A stretch of DNA of 64,000 nt from positions 256,001 through 320,000 of the forward strand of contig JAHPZA010000004.1 of assembly GCA_019058445.1 (NCBI GenBank), read 5' to 3'. The position numbers and the translations under genes were made by a program. This stretch comes from Promethearchaeota archaeon. Its GTDB lineage: Archaea > Asgardarchaeota > Lokiarchaeia > Sigyniarchaeales > SOKP01. Below, in pieces: positions 41,038-52,320 of this stretch (positions within the stretch are counted from its first letter, which is position 1; every line of letters begins with the position of its first letter). The notes beneath the pieces were generated by a model that was not told where the DNA came from, did not search any database, and was given only the letters and a program-made list of their open reading frames with translations.

Positions 41038-41436
41038 ATTTCGTCATCATACGAGCCACAAGAATTCAAAAAATATATTAGCAGATGTCCTATTTGTAAA
41101 AGAGAATATTATAAGCAGGATATGGTAAAATGTGATCAATGTGGTTTAATTATTTGTTTAAGATGTACCATTATTTCGGGTAAGTACGGAAACTATTGTA
41201 AAAATTGCTTTACAAAATTATCCCATGAGAAAAAGAATCAAATTAGTAAAGCAGCAAAAAAGATGCAATTTTGGGCGAATTATGGCTATTATTTGTTTAT
41301 AATATTACTGGGATGCACCATTTTTTCGTTTAGTCTGTTTTTTCTAAGCTATGTATTTTTTATTACTGGCCTCATTTTTGGGATATCCACAGCAATTTAT
41401 GGCTATGTTCTCCTTCGATTTTTATCTCGATCATAA
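41038..41436 (+). CDS. 8-Cys zinc-finger (FYVE-like spacing) protein with C-terminal TM hairpin
   Basis: Frame stays open upstream of ATG 41122 and adds CPIC, giving CPIC-x11-CDQC-x4-CLRC-x10-CKNC; start provisional (ATT 41038). Confidence 0.65.
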   Translation: MSSSYEPQEFKKYISRCPICKREYYKQDMVKCDQCGLIICLRCTIISGKYGNYCKNCFTKLSHEKKNQISKAAKKMQFWANYGYYLFIILLGCTIFSFSLFFLSYVFFITGLIFGISTAIYGYVLLRFLSRS

Positions 41437-41604
41437 TAATTAACCATGAAAAGACCAGGAGGCCTAAGAATATAATATATTATTGGTTAAATTCAGAAAA
41501 AAAAATTATCTAAAAATAGGTAATTGCCAGTTAAGAAGAAAATTATTAAAAAGAATGAATTTTATTATTATGAAAAAGAAAATAATACTTTTGATTGATT
41601 TACA

Positions 41605-42135
41605 ATGACTGATCAGATTGATTATATTGTAAAAATCTGTTTACTTGGAGAGGCTGCTGTGGGAAAGACTTCATTAGTGTACAGGTTTATCGAGAATAAA
41701 TTCAGAGATAACTATAAAAGCACTCTTGGAGTAAATTTACTTAAAAAAGACATGGTCATAGATGGGTACGGAGGAGTTAGTGCCCAGATTTGGGATTTAG
41801 GTGGTCAAGAGTCCTTTAAAAGTTTAAGGAAACTTTATCTAGAGGGTGCGAACGGTGCGTTTGTAATTTTTGATACCACTAAAAGAAATACCTATGATAA
41901 GCTTGATGATTGGATCCTAAGTTTCAAGGAATCACGCGGAGAGAGACCTTTATTACTCATTGGTAATAAAATTGACTTGAGTGATAAAATAAAAGTAGAA
42001 GAATCAGAAGCAAAAGAGTATGCAGAAAAAAATGCAATGCAATTTATTTATACTTCTGCGAAAACTGGCGAAAATGTAGAAAAAGCTTTTAAGGAACTAG
42101 TTAAAACGATTTTAGATGAGGTTTCTAAAGAATAA
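41605..42135 (+). CDS. Rab-like small GTPase
   Basis: GEAAVGKT, WDLGGQ, NKID, TSAK. Confidence 0.95.
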   Translation: MTDQIDYIVKICLLGEAAVGKTSLVYRFIENKFRDNYKSTLGVNLLKKDMVIDGYGGVSAQIWDLGGQESFKSLRKLYLEGANGAFVIFDTTKRNTYDKLDDWILSFKESRGERPLLLIGNKIDLSDKIKVEESEAKEYAEKNAMQFIYTSAKTGENVEKAFKELVKTILDEVSKE

Positions 42136-42407
42136 AATAAGTTAAAACCATATTTTTCTATATTATTCACTTTCTTTTGAGAATTTTTAAACTAAAAATG
42201 TGCATTCCCTAAAATCTTTGGATCACTCTAAAAATTTGGGGTTTTAAGGTACATTTATTTTTAAATATTACATACGAAAATAATATATTTATAAAACCTT
42301 TATAAATGAAGAGGTATTTAAATAAAGTACAAAAAAATTGATCATTTAAAATTACCCTTATTTTAAATTTTAATTTAAAATCATAATAATCACCTTTAGA
42401 TGTTAAA

Positions 42408-43070
42408 ATGTCAGAAGAAGAAGAATTTGATGAAGAAGATTTAGACGAGGAAGAAGAAGAGGGAGAATACGATTACGAAACTGAATTAGATTATAAGATC
42501 GAGAATGTAGTCGCAACGGTAAGCGTGGAAATAACAGAGAAGATTGATCTTAATCAAATTGCTCGAAAACACGCTGAAGTTGAGTATAATCCTGAGCGTT
42601 TTCCCGGTCTTGTAATGAGAATTGAAAAACCTCGAGCAACAATATTAATTTTTTCTACGGGTAAAATGGTAGTCACTGGCTTAAGAAAAGCCGCTGAGGC
42701 ACCTCGAGTAGTTGAAAAAGTGGTAAAAAACATAAGAAAAGCGGGTATTAAATTATCTAATCCAGAAATTACTATTCAAAATATTGTAGCTTCTGGAGAT
42801 CTCCATACGAATATCGATCTGAATATGGCAGCAATCGTAATGGAATATGCGATGTACGAACCTGAAGTCTTTCCGGGCTTAATTTATCGTATGCAGGATC
42901 CAAAAACGGTGTTTTTAATTTTCTCTACTGGAAGGATAGTTTGTACCGGTGCTAAACAAAAAGAAATTGTTCGAGATGCCGTGTTGAAATTAAATCAACA
43001 AGTAAGAGAACTAGGCGTCGCAAAAAAGGATATTGGAGACACTGAATATCAAGATATAACTTTTATTTAA
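42408..43070 (+). CDS. tbp: TATA-box binding protein
   Basis: Two repeats: NVVA...YNPERFPGL...IFSTGK and NIVA...YEPEVFPGL...IFSTGR. Confidence 0.98.
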   Translation: MSEEEEFDEEDLDEEEEEGEYDYETELDYKIENVVATVSVEITEKIDLNQIARKHAEVEYNPERFPGLVMRIEKPRATILIFSTGKMVVTGLRKAAEAPRVVEKVVKNIRKAGIKLSNPEITIQNIVASGDLHTNIDLNMAAIVMEYAMYEPEVFPGLIYRMQDPKTVFLIFSTGRIVCTGAKQKEIVRDAVLKLNQQVRELGVAKKDIGDTEYQDITFI

Positions 43071-43176
43071 TTTTTTTTTAATTTTCTTTCATACTTTTTT
43101 CCAGATCTAAGCTAGGCTAATCTTTAGTATTAATTCAATTTTGTTCTAAATATTCCTATAAAAAAAAATTCAGGAA

Positions 43177-43536
43177 TTAAATTTGAATATGCGGTTCATT
43201 AAATTCTTTTTTCTCGCTAATAGCTTTTATTGAATTTAAGTATTCATCGTATAAAGCCTTCAACAAATTATATTCTCTTGCCTTATTGAATGCTAAAAGA
43301 AATAACTGTGTTAGAGTTTTCTCATTGTTTTTAATATAGATGTTTTCATGTTCTTGTAGCAGATCACTATATTTATCCAGAAAATTACAGAGAATATATC
43401 GATTTTCATTTCTTAAGTTCAATTTATTGAGAGCTCCATACATCTTTAGGATTAAAGGCCCTTGGAATTTTATTGAATTATGATGTATCGCTTGAAAAGC
43501 TTGAAGATATTTGTTTCTTTTAATAACAACAGTCAT
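43177..43536 (-). CDS. Hypothetical protein
   Basis: 119-aa ORF with ATG start. Confidence 0.6.
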   Translation of the reverse strand: MTVVIKRNKYLQAFQAIHHNSIKFQGPLILKMYGALNKLNLRNENRYILCNFLDKYSDLLQEHENIYIKNNEKTLTQLFLLAFNKAREYNLLKALYDEYLNSIKAISEKKEFNEPHIQI

Positions 43537-43688
43537 GTGGGAATAATTTTTCGAATCATTATAATATGATAGTAATACCCAGATATTACTGAACTTGTAT
43601 TTATTACAGTTCTCGTAGTTTTAAAAATTAGCAAACTAGATTATTTGATAAAATAAAATTATATAAAAAAAAACAGTGGAAAAAAAAA

Positions 43689-45035
43689 CTATTTTGGATG
43701 TTCATTCTTGATAATTGCGCCGGCTCCCATTCCAAGGCCTACACACATAGACGAGACGGCATATTTTTTGCCCGATTGCTCTAATTGTTGTAGATTTGTA
43801 CCTATTAATCTACAGCCTGTTGCACCTGTTGGATGTCCTAAGGCAATGGCTCCGCCCCAAGGATTAAATCGCTCGTCTCTCCAATCTAAGCCTAATTCGT
43901 AACAACTTGCATAAACCACAGGACTAAAAGCTTCATTAATTTCTATGAAATCCATATCATCTAAAGTCATATTTGCTCGTTTTAATGCTTCCGGAATTGC
44001 TTCTATAGGTCCTGTAAGCATGAGTACAGGATCTGTTCCCACAACTGAGAAATTTAATAGTGTTGCTCGAATTCTAAATCCATACTCTTCTGCTAACTCA
44101 CGGGTCATCCATAATTGTGCGGCAGCACCATCACTTGTCGGACAGCTATTTCCTGCAGTTAGAAATGCCGTACTTTTTCTTCCTGTAATCGTTCTAAGAG
44201 TAGATAACTTTTCCATGGTTGATCCAGGACGTGGAGTTTCATCCCGCTCGGTTAAAACTGAAAGACTAGAATCTTTAGCCACTTCATTATTATCATCCAA
44301 CATTACTTTTCCATTCTCATCTAATTTTGGACACCAAATTGGTTCAATTTCTTTCCCTCTCTGGTCCCAAGTTTTATCGGCTTTTTGATGGGAATATAAT
44401 GATAAACTATCCATTTCAGTTCTAAATTCTTGAAGGCTTAATCCTGCTTTTTTCATCCAAAATACGCCCATGGCATGAGCGGAAGGGATTTGCCCTGCAA
44501 AGGGTGCTTTATATTCTTTCATTTTTTGAGCAACTTCGGGATGAGTCACGATTTTTCCATTTGGGTTTACCATGATTCGCTTATTCTGCTCACTATCCCA
44601 AATATAAGCATCTTCCATAATTGGATATCGATTTTGGACTTCGACCCCCCCACAAATGACACAATCATGTAATCCTGAAGCAATTGCCTGCCAAGCGCTA
44701 AAGACCACCTGTGAACCGCTGGCGCACTGACGATTTATGGACATTCCAGGTATAGAAACGGGTAAATGAGCTGCTAATGCCGCAGTTCTCCCTATATCCA
44801 ATGCACAATCTCCAATTTGACTATTGCAAGACACGATTGAATCTCCAATTATTTTGGGATCAATTTTTATGCGATTTAAGATGGTTTTATAGCAATGAAC
44901 AACTAAATCATCTCCTCTATGTAGCCCTACCGTCCCTCTTTTTTTTCCGACGGGTGTTCTTACATAATCAACTAGTACTGGTTCTCTTTTAGGGTCCTTA
45001 AAATATTTATCATATAAACTAACGGGTTCTGGCAT
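43689..45035 (-). CDS. Thiolase (acetyl-CoA C-acyltransferase)
   Basis: NRQCASG, TAGNS, NEAF, GGAIALGHP, MCVGLGMG. Confidence 0.95.
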   Translation of the reverse strand: MPEPVSLYDKYFKDPKREPVLVDYVRTPVGKKRGTVGLHRGDDLVVHCYKTILNRIKIDPKIIGDSIVSCNSQIGDCALDIGRTAALAAHLPVSIPGMSINRQCASGSQVVFSAWQAIASGLHDCVICGGVEVQNRYPIMEDAYIWDSEQNKRIMVNPNGKIVTHPEVAQKMKEYKAPFAGQIPSAHAMGVFWMKKAGLSLQEFRTEMDSLSLYSHQKADKTWDQRGKEIEPIWCPKLDENGKVMLDDNNEVAKDSSLSVLTERDETPRPGSTMEKLSTLRTITGRKSTAFLTAGNSCPTSDGAAAQLWMTRELAEEYGFRIRATLLNFSVVGTDPVLMLTGPIEAIPEALKRANMTLDDMDFIEINEAFSPVVYASCYELGLDWRDERFNPWGGAIALGHPTGATGCRLIGTNLQQLEQSGKKYAVSSMCVGLGMGAGAIIKNEHPK

Positions 45036-45180
45036 ACCTTTTCACATCTTTTTTGTTTAATAAAATTTATTTTTTTTTGAATAATTATTACTTTTCAGCA
45101 TGATGATGCTTAATCTTAATTAAACTAGTGGAAATTTAGTAGAATTCTCTGAGATCTTACATTAATAAACTCGATTCAGT

Positions 45181-45453
45181 TTAAAAATCGTAATCAAATC
45201 CCTTATATTTATGTTCGGGCTCTTTAAACTCGTACGAAACATTTTCAACTGTTGCATATTTGGGCCCTTTTTTAGAGAACGTTAACAACTCATCTAATTT
45301 TTCTTCAGGACCCTCCGCCTCAATAAAAACGCTCCCATCAGGCATATTTTTAACAATACCAGTTAAACCTAACTTTCTACCTACTTTTCTGGTAGTATAG
45401 CGAAAAAATACGCCTTGAACATGCCCATAAACATGAATTATAATTCTTTTCAT
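45181..45453 (-). CDS. acyP: Acylphosphatase
   Basis: GHVQGVFFR, GIVKNMPDGSV, GP. Confidence 0.95.
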   Translation of the reverse strand: MKRIIIHVYGHVQGVFFRYTTRKVGRKLGLTGIVKNMPDGSVFIEAEGPEEKLDELLTFSKKGPKYATVENVSYEFKEPEHKYKGFDYDF

Positions 45454-45477
45454 AAGGAAATTAAGATAGTTTGTGTT

Positions 45478-46611
45478 TTATTTACTTGCGAGATTTTTCA
45501 TAATGCGGATATTATCATCCAATTCCTCTTTAGAAATTCCGGGAAAGATATCTAAAGCAAAAATTTCTTTGGTAACTTTTTCCACAACGGGAAGTTTTAT
45601 TTTTGAGTAGTCAATATCCTTTCCATAAAAAGGGCAGGACCAAGGACAACCTCTAGGATATCCAATCTTTTTCTGAAATAATTTAGTCTCATATAGAGGT
45701 TTCGGATATAAAATTTTACTATTGGGAAATTTGGAGATAAACTGATCTTTGTCTAATCCAATAATATCAGGATGAATCCTCCCAATCCAATAATTATACG
45801 CTGGTTCGCAATACTCTGGGATGTAGGGTGGATCGATTCCTACAATACCGTTTAAAGCATCAGTCATGTATTGAGCATTTTCATTTCTTACGCCAATATA
45901 TTTATCTAATTTTTTTAGCTGTATCCGGCCTATGGCTCCTTGAATTTCGGTCATTCGATAATTCCATCCTAAACGATTATAAGCATACCAGTAAGGTTCA
46001 CCATGGTGTCTTAGTAATCGACATTGTCTTGCCAGTTTAGTACTATTTGTTGTTACAATTCCTCCTTCTCCGGTTGTCATATTCTTGGAAGGGTAAAAAC
46101 TAAAAGTCCCTAAATCTCCAATTGAACCGACCCGTTTACCATTAAATTTTGCTCCATGAGATTGACAAGCATCTTCAATTAAATATAGGTTGTGTTCTTT
46201 TGCAATATCTAAAAGAGGACCCATATTTGCAGTTACTCCTGCTAAATGTACAGGCATTATAGCTTTTGTTTTTCTAGTGATTTTTTTCTTTACTGATTCA
46301 GGATCTAAAGTATAAGATCGGTTATCTATATCTGCAAATATCGGAATTGCATTGTTATGCAAAAGAGAGCTTGCCGTAGCAATAAAAGTGAATGGAGGAA
46401 TAATTACCTCATCTCCAGGCCCTATATCTAACGAAGCTATAGAAATATGTAAAGCAGCAGTCCCGGAATTCACTGCAATCGCATACTTAACACCTATATA
46501 TTCAGCGAATTCTTTTTCAAAATTTTCAACTTCCTTTCCCGCTAAAGATGAGAGGAGTTGAGACTCCATTACTTTCATAACGGCTGCTTTCTCTTCCTCT
46601 GAAATATCCAT
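45478..46611 (-). CDS. DegT/DnrJ/EryC1/StrS PLP aminotransferase
   Basis: NSGTAAL, EDACQSHG, SFYPSKNMTTGEGG, NYRM. Confidence 0.95.
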   Translation of the reverse strand: MDISEEEKAAVMKVMESQLLSSLAGKEVENFEKEFAEYIGVKYAIAVNSGTAALHISIASLDIGPGDEVIIPPFTFIATASSLLHNNAIPIFADIDNRSYTLDPESVKKKITRKTKAIMPVHLAGVTANMGPLLDIAKEHNLYLIEDACQSHGAKFNGKRVGSIGDLGTFSFYPSKNMTTGEGGIVTTNSTKLARQCRLLRHHGEPYWYAYNRLGWNYRMTEIQGAIGRIQLKKLDKYIGVRNENAQYMTDALNGIVGIDPPYIPEYCEPAYNYWIGRIHPDIIGLDKDQFISKFPNSKILYPKPLYETKLFQKKIGYPRGCPWSCPFYGKDIDYSKIKLPVVEKVTKEIFALDIFPGISKEELDDNIRIMKNLASK

Positions 46612-46716
46612 GGTTAACTCAAGAATTTATATTTATTGAATTTAAAAATTTATAATATAACACTAGATTGTAAATCTTAAGAAGATGATGATTGCAAAAA
46701 ATTAATATTAAACTAT

Positions 46717-47352
46717 TTAAAAATTGAGAAAATAAGTATTATTAGTACTGTCGTATTCCACAATTTTATTTTTCACAAGATTTTCAAGAACGCCTTCTAG
46801 CCAACGTTTACTTGTTTTGACCTGCTTTTTTATCTCATTAAAAGTCAAGTCATCATGCATCGCGAGTAAAAATAGAATTCTACTTTTTACTTTTAGATGA
46901 TCTGAATTAATAGCTCTTTCAAACTTTTTCTCTAAATCATATACTTTCATTTTCAAATGGGCTACTTCGTTGCTTAATTTCGCAATAACTTCATCTCTCG
47001 TCCTAAAGACGTTTAAACTGAATTGGAAAATCCGCTCTAATTGAACTTTCAAGTCTTCTTCATTTGGATATTTATATAGTTCTCTATTGAATTCTGCGAG
47101 GACGATTAAATAATCATTACCCTCATCATATTTATCTAACACTAATACAATGACTATTTCTTTCTCAGCATTATAAAATGACACAGAATTCCAATCTTTT
47201 TCTTCTGTTATGATGTAAGATTCAGAGAAATTATGAGAAATTTGAATTTGTTGAATAATATTTTCTGGAATTTCTAAATCTTCGGGATACTTAAGGTAAA
47301 CTGTACCACCGATCACTTGATCCCATTTAATTAAGAATATACCCGTAGGAAT
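46717..47352 (-). CDS. Longin/uDENN-like domain + coiled coil + winged-helix protein; probable ATT start
   Basis: In-frame (M)PTGIFLIKWDQVIGGTVYLKYP; GGTGA SD 6 nt upstream of ATT 47352; C-terminal HTH. Confidence 0.7.
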   Translation of the reverse strand: MPTGIFLIKWDQVIGGTVYLKYPEDLEIPENIIQQIQISHNFSESYIITEEKDWNSVSFYNAEKEIVIVLVLDKYDEGNDYLIVLAEFNRELYKYPNEEDLKVQLERIFQFSLNVFRTRDEVIAKLSNEVAHLKMKVYDLEKKFERAINSDHLKVKSRILFLLAMHDDLTFNEIKKQVKTSKRWLEGVLENLVKNKIVEYDSTNNTYFLNF

Positions 47353-47555
47353 CTTACTTCACCGAAAATCTAATCGTACTGAATTAAAATAAAATTTCAT
47401 ACTAATAATAAATTCAGTTTATATATACTTAATTAAGCCATCGTATTATCATATATTTTTTTTAATGAATTTTAACTACGATGAAATTTCTAATTAGAAA
47501 GATCTTCTAAAAAAATAAATATAATAAAGATGATTTTTTAAATAGTGGATAATGT

Positions 47556-47819
47556 ATGTCTATTTTTTACGTTTATATTTTAGAAGTGAGTAGTAAGAGA
47601 GGAAAAAAAAGCTATTATACGGGATATACTAATAATCTTCATAGGAGATTGAGCGAACATAGAAATGGGACAGGTGCAAAATTCTGTCGCAGTAAAAAAA
47701 TCGAATTAAAATATTATGAAACCTTTACAGATCGAAAATCTGCTATGAGAAGAGAAATAGAAATAAAATCATTCACAAAACAGAAAAAAAAAGAATTAAT
47801 TACCGCATCGGCTGAATAA
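47556..47819 (+). CDS. GIY-YIG nuclease (UPF0213/YhbQ-like)
   Basis: YVYIL...YYTGYTNNLHRRLSEH..G.GAKF...AMRRE. Confidence 0.9.
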   Translation: MSIFYVYILEVSSKRGKKSYYTGYTNNLHRRLSEHRNGTGAKFCRSKKIELKYYETFTDRKSAMRREIEIKSFTKQKKKELITASAE

Positions 47820-47823
47820 ATAG

Positions 47824-48624
47824 TTGCTGAAACCAAACTTTTTAATTTGTTTAGTAGGATTACCAGCATCAGGCAAAACCACTTTTGCTAAAAAGCTTAA
47901 AAAATTTCTTGAGCAAAATCGGGAGTATCCTAAAGTAAAAATCATTGACCCGGACATAATTCGAAATGCTCTAACTCCAGATCAATTTGATTACCAACAA
48001 GAGCAATTGGTCAGAAAATATAATTTAGACGAAGTGAAGAAAGGTCTAAAAGAGGGGTATATCGTAATTTCTGATGATTTAAACTATTATTCTAGCATGA
48101 GACATGATTTAAAGCTTATATCTGAAGAATATGATCTCAGTTTTTTTATAATCCACATCTCAACCCCCCTTGAAATTTGCTTAAAATGGAATGAAAAAAG
48201 AGGTGGTTTATTGCCAGAAAGTGTAATTAAAAGTATTGCTCGTAAATTTGATATTTTTGATAAATACAAATGGGATTATCCCATGGCATCAATTAACTTA
48301 TCTGAAGTAAAAAGCCTTACTGAAGTCTTTGAGGAGTTAATGAGCCAGATCATATATAAAATAGAGGATAGCTATAAACGGGAAAATGAGGGGGATAAAT
48401 TACACCCTTCTTCAGAACTGTATAATGAGATGTTAGATAAACAAACAAGAACTATAGTAGGGGAAATATTGAAGAATTCTGAATTCAATCTCTTAAAAAA
48501 CCAAATTCTCAAATACAGAAAGTTGTATATAAAATTAAATCGTAACAAATCTTTAGAGGGGTCATTCATCTCAAAGGATTTCAAGGACTATTTAGCGAAG
48601 AATTTACATATACAACTATCATAA
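47824..48624 (+). CDS. pstK: O-phosphoseryl-tRNA(Sec) kinase / KTI12-family P-loop kinase
   Basis: GLPASGKT, D.IR, VISDDLNYYSSMR, WNEKR, YKWDYP, C-terminal helical domain. Confidence 0.8.
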   Translation: MLKPNFLICLVGLPASGKTTFAKKLKKFLEQNREYPKVKIIDPDIIRNALTPDQFDYQQEQLVRKYNLDEVKKGLKEGYIVISDDLNYYSSMRHDLKLISEEYDLSFFIIHISTPLEICLKWNEKRGGLLPESVIKSIARKFDIFDKYKWDYPMASINLSEVKSLTEVFEELMSQIIYKIEDSYKRENEGDKLHPSSELYNEMLDKQTRTIVGEILKNSEFNLLKNQILKYRKLYIKLNRNKSLEGSFISKDFKDYLAKNLHIQLS

Positions 48625-48696
48625 ACATTCTTGGAAACATTAATAATAAAAAATAAAGAAAAAGAAAATAAACCAGTATTTACTTATTTATTTTGA

Positions 48697-51030
<2,334 letters not shown>

Positions 51031-51119
51031 TTAAATGAAACAATTATTTTCCACTTTTTTAGCTAATCTAATTATTTTAATAATTTCTTATTGCCATACA
51101 TCGATAATATATCACAGTG

Positions 51120-52151
51120 TTATTGCTTTAAAGCAATAATGATATCAATCCCTTCAAACGTAGTTCGTTGAATATCCTTAAAACCTGCGTTAGCGAGCAT
51201 TTCATTTTGTTCTTGTGCGTTAAGGTGTTTAATACCTAAACAAGTTTCAACGAATTGATCTTTTATTCCGAGTTCATAATTTGGGTTTCTGAAATCTTCT
51301 AATTTTTCTGGAAATGAAAGATCAAAAATCAGAAGTCGACCATTACTTTTTAATGCTTGATAAGCTTTTTCTAAGATATTAAATCGAACATCAGGAAGGA
51401 TTTCATGTAAAGTCACAACCATACTAATTATATAAAACTCATCATTATATGGGATTTCTTCACCCCTTAAACATTTCACAGAAACCCGTCCCTCTAATTC
51501 CAATTCTAAAATTTTTTTTTTAGCCATTTCTATTCCATGATTAACAATATCTATTCCTGCAAATCTGCTATTCTGAAAAATTTGCGCTAACTGAATGATA
51601 AAACGTCCTGTTCCACATCCAATATCTAAGAATTTAATACCCTGCTCTAGCATTTGCTTTATGGGATCATCATTTCGAAGGTGTGTAAAATAATTTTTTA
51701 AGAAGATAAACATAGGCTTTGTTGCTTCTGCTACGAGTTCAGAACGTTTAGGTGAATAACCATCTATAATTCCTCCTATCTTATAATACTCAGGAGAAAT
51801 CCTCAACCTTTCTCCTATAACATTAACATTTATATTAAAAGATGCTAAGACATTTCTAAAGTTTGATTTATCACCCAAGATCTTATCCAAGAAAGGTTGA
51901 AATTTAAATCGACCTTCACTATCACAATCTAAGATTTCAAAAAAGTAGGCTGTTTGACACCAAATTTCCAAATATGGTTCATAAAGTCCTAATTTCGCAG
52001 CAATATCTGGAATAGTTAATCCCTTTTTGCTATTTTTTAAGGTTTCAAAGATCCCGATTTCGTTTCCAATATTAATCAGGTGAGTTGCAATATATCCTTT
52101 ATTAAATTCATTTATCCTTGCCACTTGGCTTTTTATGTTTATTTTTTTCAT
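51120..52151 (-). CDS. Class I SAM-dependent methyltransferase with N-terminal winged helix
   Basis: LDIGCGTG, GID, LHE; N-terminal HTH; ATG at 52151. Confidence 0.88.
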   Translation of the reverse strand: MKKINIKSQVARINEFNKGYIATHLINIGNEIGIFETLKNSKKGLTIPDIAAKLGLYEPYLEIWCQTAYFFEILDCDSEGRFKFQPFLDKILGDKSNFRNVLASFNINVNVIGERLRISPEYYKIGGIIDGYSPKRSELVAEATKPMFIFLKNYFTHLRNDDPIKQMLEQGIKFLDIGCGTGRFIIQLAQIFQNSRFAGIDIVNHGIEMAKKKILELELEGRVSVKCLRGEEIPYNDEFYIISMVVTLHEILPDVRFNILEKAYQALKSNGRLLIFDLSFPEKLEDFRNPNYELGIKDQFVETCLGIKHLNAQEQNEMLANAGFKDIQRTTFEGIDIIIALKQ

Positions 52152-52320
52152 AGTTTTTAGCAAGATGGAATTTCATGTATAATGATACTTATACAAAAAA
52201 AAAAGGATATATTCTTTTTTTTAATTTCTATTTATTAAAGAATAGGAAAGGCTTTATTTAGAAAACCTCTTATAAAATTCATAATAAATTGAAATTATCA
52301 ACCGAAAAGAGTAATTTTAA

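Noticed and set aside
47556-47819. GIY-YIG (and DUF559) nuclease as a homing or mobile element
   Set aside because: Short stand-alone type; no intron, intein, terminal repeats or transposase
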